IMG/VR virus record: IMGVR_UViG_2830247124_000001
Span: 44,995 to 108,994 of that record
DNA length: 64,000 nucleotides
Direction: 5' to 3' (one strand)
DNA from: a virus
Lineage: Duplodnaviria > Caudoviricetes
Below are positions 55,300 to 63,806 of this stretch, in pieces (position 1 is the stretch's first letter; every line of letters begins with the position of its first letter). The translations under genes and the position numbers were made by a program. The notes under the pieces were generated by a model. That model made no database searches. It saw only the letters and a program-made list of their open reading frames with translations, and had not been told where the DNA came from.

Positions 55300-55337
55300 A
55301 TGCTTCTGAGTGAATGCTTCTGATTGGATGCTTCTGA
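55300..55337. repeat. Three direct repeats of ATGCTTCTGA with 14-bp period
   Basis: Copies at 55300, 55314 and 55328; intergenic. Confidence 0.85.
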
Positions 55338-55340
55338 GGA

Positions 55341-55712
55341 CTACGTTCCACCGATCCACGGGGCCCACCCTACGAGTCTCACAAACCCCCAGGCAGCCGT
55401 CTTGAGCCAGTAGGGGTCGGTGTCGTCGGCCAGCATTGCCGCGTCTGCAACGACTCTAGGGACGGCGTTTTTTGGGTCTTCTTCCATCTCGTCGTAGAGG
55501 TAGTCGTGCAGGGCCGACGCCTGCCACAAGGCGAGCGGATGGAAAATCATCGCCAGAAAGAGCGCAACAAGAAGCCACGCCCCCGGACGAAATTCGTATC
55601 CTTCCCGGAGAGTGCGGCGGTACGTGATCCCTTGGTAGGTCCACTCGACGTCGGTGTCTTCAAGGACCACGAGGCTTTTCTTTGTCGGCGATATAGCACA
55701 CGGCACTTTCAT
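55341..55712 (-). CDS. DUF1353-like protein
   Basis: ASALHDYLY and R..AD motifs, C-terminal VRL.G. Confidence 0.7.
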   Translation of the reverse strand: MKVPCAISPTKKSLVVLEDTDVEWTYQGITYRRTLREGYEFRPGAWLLVALFLAMIFHPLALWQASALHDYLYDEMEEDPKNAVPRVVADAAMLADDTDPYWLKTAAWGFVRLVGWAPWIGGT

Positions 55713-55722
55713 AAATTAGCTT

Positions 55723-55753
55723 GCAAAAGTAAAAGGGGCCCGAGCGGGCCCCT
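55723..55753 (-). terminator. Intrinsic terminator
   Basis: AGGGGCCC/GGGCCCCT stem followed by a U-rich tract on the minus strand. Confidence 0.7.
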
Positions 55754-55769
55754 GTGTATTGAGAATGGT

Positions 55770-56426
55770 TTAATGGCTATGCTCCAGGGGCGAGTAGTAC
55801 CAGTCCCGGATGTTTTCCGCCCGGACCTCTCCAATCTTGTCGAGATCCTCCAACGTGTTGGGGCTGTATTTCCGCTCCACATCGTCATCGATGATGGCGA
55901 TCTCCCCCATCTTCGTCACATCGTTTTCGATTAGGATCTCACGGTGTGGAGTGTCCGGGGGAAGGTTCTGCATGTCTTCACGCTGAAACGATCCTTCTGC
56001 AACTTCAGCCTCGCCGGTAACATCCATGTCTGTGTCAAGATCAACATCAAGCTGTTCCGAAGATGTATCGCCGTTTACATCCAGGGTGTGATCCGGAGAC
56101 GTATCGCCGACATGGCTGATCCCATCATTGTGGGTAGTTCCCTCACTGAATTCTTCTCTCTCCTCTGGGGTGTAGCCCCGTGGTCCAGTGAAACTACCAG
56201 AACCATTAGATGAGGTGTCCGGAACCGAATCTTGAACCATCTTCTCCATCGTCACATCGAGAACGAGCATCAGCACAAGTATGCTTGCCAGCACGGCTCC
56301 TCCCAGTGGAGGGATGAGGCCGACCGCCGTAATGAGGAGCGCGACGATAGCGCTGCTGGAGAGCACGGTTCTGTATGTCGAGTTGCCATTGAGGTACTCG
56401 TAAAGCGTGGCGTAAAGTGTAGACAT
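55770..56426 (-). CDS. Membrane protein with C-terminal helix-hairpin-helix-like motif
   Basis: Two N-terminal TM segments, acidic linker, LEDLDKIGEVRAENI. Confidence 0.65.
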   Translation of the reverse strand: MSTLYATLYEYLNGNSTYRTVLSSSAIVALLITAVGLIPPLGGAVLASILVLMLVLDVTMEKMVQDSVPDTSSNGSGSFTGPRGYTPEEREEFSEGTTHNDGISHVGDTSPDHTLDVNGDTSSEQLDVDLDTDMDVTGEAEVAEGSFQREDMQNLPPDTPHREILIENDVTKMGEIAIIDDDVERKYSPNTLEDLDKIGEVRAENIRDWYYSPLEHSH

Positions 56427-56451
56427 ATCTGAATTTTATTGGGTTGGAAGT

Positions 56452-56467
56452 TCAAATAATTATGTGA
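56452..56467. promoter_or_regulatory. 16-bp palindromic motif, copy 9 (TCAAATAATTATGTGA)
   Basis: One mismatch; intergenic. Confidence 0.7.
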
Positions 56468-56473
56468 GACTCT

Positions 56474-57124
56474 CTAGTTGGTGGCCATTTCTCCCTTGAG
56501 ATGGCGGATCGCGGAGACCAACCTGTACACCTCATCCCAAAGCTGTTCGAGACCACCGTTGTTGTCGATCATAAAATCGTGCTCGGTCCGGTTGTAAAAC
56601 GTCTTTGTGTGGTGGGCGTCTTCGGTGGCCTCGGCTTTTTCCTCCGCGTGGTCACGGGCGACATAAACCACCATGCCACCGTGCTCGCGGATGAACTCTG
56701 CCTGCGGCTCGGTGCGCAGATCAGGAAACAGGACCACCTCCGGGTCAAGGCCAGGGCTGTTATCGGTGAGGCGCAGCTTCTCCTCCTTCTCCAGCCTGCT
56801 CTCTGCTGCTCTCAAGAGCACGAGCGGGTCAAGCTCTTGGAGCTTATCTCCGACCTGCTCTAGCACCTGCCGGTTTGTCATCGCGGACCCGTCCTCGAAG
56901 GTCATGTAGCTGTGCTCTTCGGACTTCCCTTCTTGGCTGTAGCAGTCCACTTCGCTCATCCCGTAGTAGCGCTGGGCAATTCCCTTGATTGGCTTCGCAA
57001 GGTAGGGGCTGGTCGTCACGTAAAACTCTCCGAGACGGTCGGCCACGGTGCTCTTTCCTGCCTGGGCCGCCCCTACAAGTCCAATCCAAAGGGGGTCTGG
57101 TGAAATCTCGCGTTCAATATCCAT
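56474..57124 (-). CDS. Deoxynucleoside monophosphate kinase
   Basis: IGLVGAAQAGKST P-loop, LAKPIK, RQVLEQVG, PDLR and IDNNG motifs. Confidence 0.85.
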   Translation of the reverse strand: MDIEREISPDPLWIGLVGAAQAGKSTVADRLGEFYVTTSPYLAKPIKGIAQRYYGMSEVDCYSQEGKSEEHSYMTFEDGSAMTNRQVLEQVGDKLQELDPLVLLRAAESRLEKEEKLRLTDNSPGLDPEVVLFPDLRTEPQAEFIREHGGMVVYVARDHAEEKAEATEDAHHTKTFYNRTEHDFMIDNNGGLEQLWDEVYRLVSAIRHLKGEMATN

Positions 57125-57141
57125 AGAATCTGTTGTTGGAT

Positions 57142-58155
57142 TTATACAGCCACCTCGTATTTGACCGGTGGGTGCGGGTTGTAGTTGTTCAGCGAATAGT
57201 CATCGACGTACTGCCCCCAGTTGCCAAGGTCCATGTCCATGAGGGTCTCTTCTGGAAGGCCGAGAAAATCCAGACCAATGCCCGGACCACCCCTCGATGT
57301 TCTTTGCAACTGGTGAGCGAGGTCTTCCGCGTGGTTCAGGTAGACGTGGGCGTTGGTGATGTTGTGCTTCATGAGCCCAGTCTTGAGCCCACACTCGTCC
57401 GCCACTATGTGCAGAAGAAGCGCGTAGCTGGCCATGTTGAAGGGCACTCCAAGTGCAATGTCCCCTGATCTCTGATGCACCTCCAGACAGAGCTTCCCAG
57501 CGGTCGTGACGTGGAAGACAAACGCAAAGTGACAGGGAGGGAGCCTCGATGACCATGCGTTGTCCGGGTGCCACGCGACGACCACGTTGCGGCGCGAGTG
57601 GGGGTTGTCCTTGATGTTTTGGACCACCTCCGCAATCTGGTCCACCCCCTTTTCGTGACGCCTGTAATGGCTGTGTGGCGTCTCGTGCTTCGCCTCCGAC
57701 ATCCGAAGATCCCCTGGGCCAATCTGGGGGTAGTCCCTCCAGTACCTCCCGTAAGCGGTCTCAAGGTCTCCGTTGTCGTCGGCCCACTCGTTCCATATTC
57801 CAGTGTGCTCTTGTAGCTCCGAGATGTTGGAGGAGCCAGACAAGAACCAGAGAAGCTCGGCGACGACCGAACTGAAGAACACCTTCTTGGTGGTGATGAC
57901 CGGAAACCTGTGTGGGGATACGTCAACTACGTAGCTCAGGCCAAACTTCTGGAGCGTCCCTGTTCCGGTTCTTTCGTACTCTGGCCAGAGAATCTCGCCG
58001 TTTTGGATTACCTCTCTGGCAAGAGACTCGTACGCTTCGTCCGCCGGTTGGGCCTGCTGGTTTCCCCACGAGCGCTCCTGCTCGCTTCCGGAGAGAACCG
58101 TTCGTGCTCTCCGGACCGTCTGTTCAGAACTTGTCTTTTGGCTAGGTGGTGCCAT
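57142..58155 (-). CDS. thyA: Thymidylate synthase
   Basis: RTGTGT, TTKK, ELLWFLSG, SRR, LPPCH, QRSGDIALGVPFN and HVYLNH motifs. Confidence 0.96.
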   Translation of the reverse strand: MAPPSQKTSSEQTVRRARTVLSGSEQERSWGNQQAQPADEAYESLAREVIQNGEILWPEYERTGTGTLQKFGLSYVVDVSPHRFPVITTKKVFFSSVVAELLWFLSGSSNISELQEHTGIWNEWADDNGDLETAYGRYWRDYPQIGPGDLRMSEAKHETPHSHYRRHEKGVDQIAEVVQNIKDNPHSRRNVVVAWHPDNAWSSRLPPCHFAFVFHVTTAGKLCLEVHQRSGDIALGVPFNMASYALLLHIVADECGLKTGLMKHNITNAHVYLNHAEDLAHQLQRTSRGGPGIGLDFLGLPEETLMDMDLGNWGQYVDDYSLNNYNPHPPVKYEVAV

Positions 58156-58167
58156 AGGTGTTGGTTG

Positions 58168-58812
58168 TTATTTGTTGATGTAGTGGCGTGCAGCCTTCGG
58201 GACCTCCGCGAGGTAGTCCACCCGAGGAAGGTCGCTGTTCTTTTCGTTTGAGAATCTGGAGTTGGCCGGTGTCGTGATGAGCAGAGGGAAAGGAACGTCT
58301 TGGCCATGCGCCCAAGCGGTGTGGACCTCTCGCACCGTCGCGGCCTTGTCGTCTACGAACACGTCGAGCGACTCATTCGGAGAGTCGTTGATCCACATCA
58401 GACGGTTGAGCTTGTTGAGGGCCTCCCCAACCCGAAACACTGGGGCGGGTGGAAACTCGTTTTTCTTGATCCAGTGCTCCCCAGCGCCCTCCGGAGCGGA
58501 GGATCTGCTCGTGACGTAAGCGGTCACCTCGTAAGGGACGTAGGCTTTTTCCAGCGGATCGAGCCGAGTCCAGAACTCCCAGTTGTCCTCCAGGACGTCC
58601 CACATCTTGAAGAAATTCTTCTCCAACCGGTCGGGGGCGGCCCACTGGTTCCACACCGAGTAGTGGTCGTAGTATTGGACGCCTTCTTCCTTTGCCTTCT
58701 GGACGAATCCACGGGCAAAGGCCACCAGCGTGCCGTCCAGGTCCAGACCAATGCTAAGGTCTGTCTCTTGTAGGGTCTCGGGCCGGTTGTCGTAGCCGAA
58801 AGGGTCTGGCAT
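58168..58812 (-). CDS. HAD-family 5'(3')-deoxyribonucleotidase-like protein
   Basis: LDLDGTL, YVTSR and VFVDD motifs. Confidence 0.8.
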   Translation of the reverse strand: MPDPFGYDNRPETLQETDLSIGLDLDGTLVAFARGFVQKAKEEGVQYYDHYSVWNQWAAPDRLEKNFFKMWDVLEDNWEFWTRLDPLEKAYVPYEVTAYVTSRSSAPEGAGEHWIKKNEFPPAPVFRVGEALNKLNRLMWINDSPNESLDVFVDDKAATVREVHTAWAHGQDVPFPLLITTPANSRFSNEKNSDLPRVDYLAEVPKAARHYINK

Positions 58813-58834
58813 GTAAAGGGTGGAATCTTTGTGG

Positions 58835-59227
58835 TTAGCTGTCTACGCGAACGATGCCTTGCTTCTCTTTCAGAGACCGGTGCCGCTGAAGGACCTCCCG
58901 TATCTTGGTCTCCATAAAGATTAGGTCCTCCTCCCACTCCTCCATCAGGTCCTTGTCGATGGGCGGGTTCTGCATCTTTTCGAGGTAGGCTTCCACCTTC
59001 AAAGAAAGGTCCCGCATGAGGTAGAACTCCTCTTCCATCGCGCTGGTGGTGTCGTCCTCCAGAAGACGCTCGGCCTCTTTGACCGGAATCTCTTCGCCGG
59101 TGTCCCACTCGGGACTGTCCATGAAAGCCATGTCCTTGTACCGCTGGAGCAGTGTGCCCAGGGTATCTCGGAGGTCAACTACCTTTCCATCTGGCTTGTC
59201 GTGTCCATTCTGATTTGGCTCTGACAT
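58835..59227 (-). CDS. Hypothetical protein
   Basis: 130-aa acidic helical ORF in the gene tiling. Confidence 0.7.
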   Translation of the reverse strand: MSEPNQNGHDKPDGKVVDLRDTLGTLLQRYKDMAFMDSPEWDTGEEIPVKEAERLLEDDTTSAMEEEFYLMRDLSLKVEAYLEKMQNPPIDKDLMEEWEEDLIFMETKIREVLQRHRSLKEKQGIVRVDS

Positions 59228-59231
59228 GAAT

Positions 59232-59939
59232 CTAACTCTGATTGCGGGCTACTGCCCGGTGATTTCGTCTATCGAGGGTATTCTGATACTTCTTGTTGTA
59301 GATTTTTGCCATCGTCTCCGACTCCACAATTCGGCGGATCTTGTGCTGTATTGGCTTCGTGACTTCCTTTGCGGAGATGAGTCCCCGCTGGGCAAGGAGA
59401 AATTTGAACGCCCCCGCGTCGTAGCCAGAAGATCCTGCCTTTATGTGTAGCTCTTGCGCCTCTTCACTGCTGATCGCGGCTCCTGCGGTGTAGTTGAGGT
59501 TGTTCAGGGAAAGGCCCCAGCATGAGGCCCGAGCTTCTCGAATGAGTTGAGGGAGCAGGTCCTTCTTCTTGAACTGAAGGTTACCGGGGTTGGCCTCCTC
59601 CCACTTGATGTCCACGGAGGGATGTCCTCGGTTTTCGAGGGTCTCCACAACCTCCTGCTCATCAACTTCTCGCTCGGTGTGGTCTCCTGCCGGGAGAAAT
59701 ATCAGCAGTTCGTACCGGGCGTTCACGCGCCCAACCGTCCGGATGAGCGGGACGGTCGGCCCGTCTTCGTGACGCCCGCTGGCGGACACGCTGTCGTAGG
59801 CCCTGTCGAAAGGGCTCGGTGGGCCCTCTTTTTCCGACTCTTCGCCGCCTTTTGTGCCCATCAGCAGGAGGCGAGAGGACCACCCACTGAAACTGTTTTC
59901 TCGGAAGGAGGCGAAGTAAGCGTTGACGGAATCGGCCAT
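59232..59939 (-). CDS. Hypothetical protein
   Basis: 235-aa ORF in the gene tiling. Confidence 0.7.
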   Translation of the reverse strand: MADSVNAYFASFRENSFSGWSSRLLLMGTKGGEESEKEGPPSPFDRAYDSVSASGRHEDGPTVPLIRTVGRVNARYELLIFLPAGDHTEREVDEQEVVETLENRGHPSVDIKWEEANPGNLQFKKKDLLPQLIREARASCWGLSLNNLNYTAGAAISSEEAQELHIKAGSSGYDAGAFKFLLAQRGLISAKEVTKPIQHKIRRIVESETMAKIYNKKYQNTLDRRNHRAVARNQS

Positions 59940-59951
59940 TGAAAACAGGTG

Positions 59952-59967
59952 TCAAATAATTATTTGA
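59952..59967. promoter_or_regulatory. 16-bp palindromic motif, copy 10 (perfect)
   Basis: TCAAATAATTATTTGA, intergenic. Confidence 0.75.
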
Positions 59968-59990
59968 AAGCGTGTCGGCGAAGGGGCCTA

Positions 59991-60275
59991 CTACACGTTT
60001 CGGATCGGGTCTTCCTTCGACTCCTCTCGCTGCCGCTTCCGAATCTTCTTGTGGAAGGTGTCGATGCCTACGTTCAGTGCCTTGATCTGGCGGTCGAAAG
60101 GGGGCTTGTCGCTGCCCTCCTCGATCTGAACGTCTACGTTGTGGCTCATCGTCTCGCCACTCTCAAGCTCGTAGGACAGGACGGTCCGGTAGACCCGGCC
60201 ACTGTCTTGGCTGACAACTTCGGCGTCGGTAAACTCGATCACAGGGTGTGATTCTTTTTTGGGAATAGGGTCCAT
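59991..60275 (-). CDS. Hypothetical protein
   Basis: 94-aa ORF in the gene tiling. Confidence 0.65.
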   Translation of the reverse strand: MDPIPKKESHPVIEFTDAEVVSQDSGRVYRTVLSYELESGETMSHNVDVQIEEGSDKPPFDRQIKALNVGIDTFHKKIRKRQREESKEDPIRNV

Positions 60276-60316
60276 GAAGCTATTTGTGAGGGGGCCCGAA
60301 GGGGGCCCGTAAGAAT

Positions 60317-60808
60317 CTAGTCCTGGCCTGTATGGCCAAAACCGCCCTCACCGCGCTCGGTGTCGCTGAGGGAATTTTCGTATCTGAAGTGGGTCTTCAC
60401 GACCGGCGCAATGACAAGCTGTGCAATGCGCTCGGCCACGTTCACCGGGTATGCGTCTCCCGAGTGGTTGATGAGAATGACCCCGATGTCGCCTCTGTAG
60501 TCGGAGTCGATGGTCCCAGGACTGTTGAGCACGGTGATGCCGCTCTTGTAGGCCAGTCCTGACCGGGGGCGCACCTGCGCTTCCAAGTGAGAGGGAAGCT
60601 CCAGGTGGAGGCCCGTCGGGATCAGCGTCGATTCTCCGGGGTCGATCACTGTCGGGCGCTCGATGTCGGCACGGAGGTCCACGCCGCTGCTGTCCTCGGT
60701 TGCTCGCTCCGGGCGGTAATGATCTGGAAGATGGTCTGGCTCGAAGCGGGCGTCTATTCCTGACTTGACGTCTGCCGTTACCTTGTACTTTGCAAGGGTG
60801 TCGCTCAT
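60317..60808 (-). CDS. dut: dUTPase (trimeric)
   Basis: SGVDL, RPRSGLA, GTIDSDYRG, RIAQL and RGEGGFGHTG motifs. Confidence 0.96.
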   Translation of the reverse strand: MSDTLAKYKVTADVKSGIDARFEPDHLPDHYRPERATEDSSGVDLRADIERPTVIDPGESTLIPTGLHLELPSHLEAQVRPRSGLAYKSGITVLNSPGTIDSDYRGDIGVILINHSGDAYPVNVAERIAQLVIAPVVKTHFRYENSLSDTERGEGGFGHTGQD

Positions 60809-60874
60809 CGTTTCGTATATGCTTGTTGTGAGGTAGAAAATTGAGATTGTAAGGCGGGGACTAGGAGATTCAGT

Positions 60875-61756
60875 TTAGGAGTCCCAGTTGTGGACCTGGA
60901 GAAGCGAGAGGAAAGTCTTGGCGTGTTCGACGATCTCCTCCCTGTCCTCAACGAGGCCCACCTCAAACTCCTGGTCTTCGCGCTTCGGGACCCGCAGGAT
61001 CAGCATCTGGTCGTACTGGATGCGGCGGTCCTTCTCGCCGGTGGCCTGTGCAGTGTGGTGAGTCTCCTCTTCCCTGGCGTAGACGTACGCCCCGAGTTGC
61101 AGCCAATAATCGTCGTAGATGCGCTTCGAGGTCTTGAAGTCGATCAGGACCCGCTCCCCATCAATGATCGCATCGGCGTCGTAGGTGCCTGCGTACTGGT
61201 GGTTCTTGGAGAAGGACCGCTGCTCCGACGCAATCCACTCGGGCTGGGCCTCTTTCTCCCAGGCGAGAAACTGCTCGCACGCGCCCCGCGCCGCCTCGTT
61301 GTATGGAAAGGAGATGTCCCGGACCTTGTCGGTATCGACCTCTTTCTGGTCCGGGTCTATCGCCTGGACGGCCTTGCCTTCGATCTTGGCGACGACGTAC
61401 TCCTCGATCCAGTCGTGGACGAGGGTGCCTATCTTCATCGCCTTCCCCGAGGTTTTGTATCGGGCAGACTTCGCGTCGGAGAGCATCTCCTCGATCTCGA
61501 CCTCGTCGTAGGCGCGTCCTGCCTCCCAGTTGTCCTCCAGGTACTCAATCGTCTGGTTGACCGCCCAGTACAAAAGGGCAGGCTTGGCCAGACTCTTCTT
61601 GATCTGAGTCGAGGAGTCGATGTGGCCGTAGTCGGTCTCCTCTGAGCGGGCGAAGTATTTGTGGTCTCCGTCGTCGAAGGAGAGGATCACGTCACCGCCG
61701 TAGATTTCGAAATGCTCGGAACTGGCGGGCGCTTCTTCGCTGGGCTGAACTGCCAT
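60875..61756 (-). CDS. PD-(D/E)XK exonuclease-like protein
   Basis: GTLVH, E...YAGTYD, LIDFKTS and QLGAY motifs; ATG at 61756 preferred. Confidence 0.85.
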   Translation of the reverse strand: MAVQPSEEAPASSEHFEIYGGDVILSFDDGDHKYFARSEETDYGHIDSSTQIKKSLAKPALLYWAVNQTIEYLEDNWEAGRAYDEVEIEEMLSDAKSARYKTSGKAMKIGTLVHDWIEEYVVAKIEGKAVQAIDPDQKEVDTDKVRDISFPYNEAARGACEQFLAWEKEAQPEWIASEQRSFSKNHQYAGTYDADAIIDGERVLIDFKTSKRIYDDYWLQLGAYVYAREEETHHTAQATGEKDRRIQYDQMLILRVPKREDQEFEVGLVEDREEIVEHAKTFLSLLQVHNWDS

Positions 61757-61790
61757 TTTGGGTCTGGTATTTATTGATGGTGATGATTCT

Positions 61791-62096
61791 CGGTAGTGGG
61801 TCTTCTTTGGGCAAGGGTCCCACGCGGTGGGCCAGTGCGTGGGTTGACTGGGCGTGTGTCGCATTCACCTACGACCTACCTTCCCGGCAGTACCGGACGG
61901 CGTCCCGACCGCTGCTCACTCTGGCACCGTGAGATGTGCCAACAGGCAGAAAGCGCTCCTGTCTGGATACCCGCCTCCAGGGGGCGTCCCAGGCGTTGTA
62001 TATAGGCCCCTGGGTTGCCTCAGTCTGGCAAGTGTCCCCACTTTCGCAACCGAGGTGGGGGTCGGCCTCGTCACGGCTTTCCGGCCCGCGCTACCG
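61791..62096. ncRNA. Candidate ~306-nt structured non-coding element
   Basis: Terminal CGGTAG/CTACCG closing stem, about 8 internal stems and at least 2 pseudoknot pairings; no credible ORF. Confidence 0.6.
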
Positions 62097-62132
62097 ATCT
62101 AATTCTTGAGCCTGTTGCTTGAATTCGACCCG

Positions 62133-62561
62133 CTAAAATGGAAGGTCATCATCCTCCTCACCTGGGTCGAAGTGGTCTCCTCCCGCATTTCCGCCGCCGC
62201 CGTTTCCAGAGGACTGGCCAGAGGAGCCGCTTCCAGAGGACTGGTCGAACCCGCCGCTGTTTTCGTCCGGGCTATCGACAAAGCGAATGCTGTCGATGTC
62301 GATGGCGCTGTAGGTCTCCCCCTCGTACTCCCAGTAGTTCCGGGTTCCGCTGACGCTGACGCGCCGTCCCGGCTGGGCGTTGCGCTCGACAAACTCCGCT
62401 GTCGATCCGTAGCAGACGGCGTTGTGCCAGCCAGTGACCTCGTTTCCGTCACGGTCGGTCTGGTTGTCCGCCAGGGAAAGCTCGGCCTTGACCGTACCTC
62501 CGTTGGTCTCGGTCATGTCGAGGTTGCCGATATTCACGTCGCTGAGGGCTACTGTTTCCAT
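62133..62561 (-). CDS. ssb: Single-stranded DNA-binding protein
   Basis: TGWHNAVCYG..AE, G..VSVSG, Gly-rich linker, C-terminal DDDLPF. Confidence 0.88.
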   Translation of the reverse strand: METVALSDVNIGNLDMTETNGGTVKAELSLADNQTDRDGNEVTGWHNAVCYGSTAEFVERNAQPGRRVSVSGTRNYWEYEGETYSAIDIDSIRFVDSPDENSGGFDQSSGSGSSGQSSGNGGGGNAGGDHFDPGEEDDDLPF

Positions 62562-62677
62562 AGAATAAATTTTTTGGTTTGGGGTGGATGCTTCCGTTTC
62601 TGGTGTGGGGTCTAACAGTGGAAGACGATGTTAGATTCCTGGAACGAGGCTGGAACGATGAAGCAAGTATGAATTGG

Positions 62678-63214
62678 TCAGTCGAAGCGCATCGGGAGTT
62701 CCTTCCGGATGCGGTCGATAATGAACTGTGCAAATAAGGCCGCGTCTCTTTCGTGGTTGTTGCTCCGGGACCCGTGCTTCTCTTGGTAGTATTTCAGCGA
62801 ATCGAAGTTCGGAAACTCATCCAGAAAGATCATCTTCTTCTGTTTGTCGTCCCGTTGCTGGTTCCACTGGTCGGCAGGGACCGCAATGACCTTCTCCACC
62901 TGTCCTGAAAGAAACCGCATCAGGTGGTGTCCCTGCCAGAAGGCTTTCAAAAGCGAACTGCTGTTGCCCCGCCCAAAGTACCGATGGCTCGGAAGCTCGA
63001 CGGCGAAGGTCACGTCACCGATGCCCGCGCCCCGGTCGATGCACATCTGGCCGAGAGCCTTCGCTGTGGGCCGCACGTCGCCTCTCTTGAACGCTTCCTT
63101 GTGCTGGTAGTGCATCCCCTCAAGCTCCACGCCCATTCCGTCCTCGTGGCTGAGAAGCGCTCCTGCGAGATGCTTTCCAGTGTCTACTCCAAGTACATAA
63201 TCTTTGTCACTCAT
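62678..63214 (-). CDS. RuvC-like Holliday junction resolvase
   Basis: VLGVDTG, AVELP and HERDA match the RNase H-fold acidic motif order. Confidence 0.7.
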   Translation of the reverse strand: MSDKDYVLGVDTGKHLAGALLSHEDGMGVELEGMHYQHKEAFKRGDVRPTAKALGQMCIDRGAGIGDVTFAVELPSHRYFGRGNSSSLLKAFWQGHHLMRFLSGQVEKVIAVPADQWNQQRDDKQKKMIFLDEFPNFDSLKYYQEKHGSRSNNHERDAALFAQFIIDRIRKELPMRFD

Positions 63215-63749
63215 CTGTATCTATCTGGTCGAGGCCCCGCTCGATGGCGCGGCGTGATTCTTCTTTTTCCTCCTCTGTCATGAAGGGATCTTCGTCCTCG
63301 CCTTTCTGGGCGTCTTTCGTGTAGAACTCGTGCGTGAAGTCCCAAAGATCACCTGCTTCAATTTCTTGAGTGTGGATTTTATACGTCTCGGACGTGTCGG
63401 TCGTCTCGGAAATGGCCTCCCTCATTTGCTCTGTCATCATATCGGACTCGCCCAGGCCCCGGCGAAAACCGTCCATGATGTCTTCGACGGTCATGTCATT
63501 TTCGGCGAGCGTCTCTGCTGAAAAGCATATCTCAGCCACTTCAGGGCCGCTTTCGAACTGGACGTACAACGTGTCGTTGTGGTGAGAATAGTTCGGGTGC
63601 GTGGAGTACCTGCACGTCAGATGCGGGTGATCTCCAATCGACTTCTTCAGACTTTTTATTTTCTCTCTCTTGTGCATCTTGTCTATTTTCGCCTCCATGC
63701 GATTCATTATTTGCTTAGAAAGCTCGGACATGTCTGGGGAGAGAGACAT
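63207..63749 (-). CDS. Hypothetical protein
   Basis: 180-aa ORF overlapping the next gene by 8 nt. Confidence 0.7.
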   Translation of the reverse strand: MSLSPDMSELSKQIMNRMEAKIDKMHKREKIKSLKKSIGDHPHLTCRYSTHPNYSHHNDTLYVQFESGPEVAEICFSAETLAENDMTVEDIMDGFRRGLGESDMMTEQMREAISETTDTSETYKIHTQEIEAGDLWDFTHEFYTKDAQKGEDEDPFMTEEEKEESRRAIERGLDQIDTDE

Positions 63750-63806
63750 AATTGTGAGTCACTTTTTTTGAGGGGCCAATTTTTTGAAAGATCAACTTTG
63801 GGTTTT

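Noticed and set aside
1526-59967. 16-bp palindromes as CRISPR repeats or Xer/dif sites
   Set aside because: They are kilobases apart, too short for CRISPR repeats, have no cas genes nearby, and lack the 28-bp two-arm layout of dif sites.
61757-61864. N-terminal extension of the nuclease ORF given in the track
   Set aside because: The extension is atypical in composition and runs into the structured element; ATG 61756 has the usual C/A-rich leader.
61791-62096. RNase P RNA or SRP RNA
   Set aside because: The size fits, but I could not find GAGGAAAGUCC/P4 or the SRP helix-8 motif on either strand.
62611-62660. Hairpin TCTAACA/TGTTAGA and short GGAACGA repeats upstream of ssb
   Set aside because: Too short to separate from chance without comparative data.
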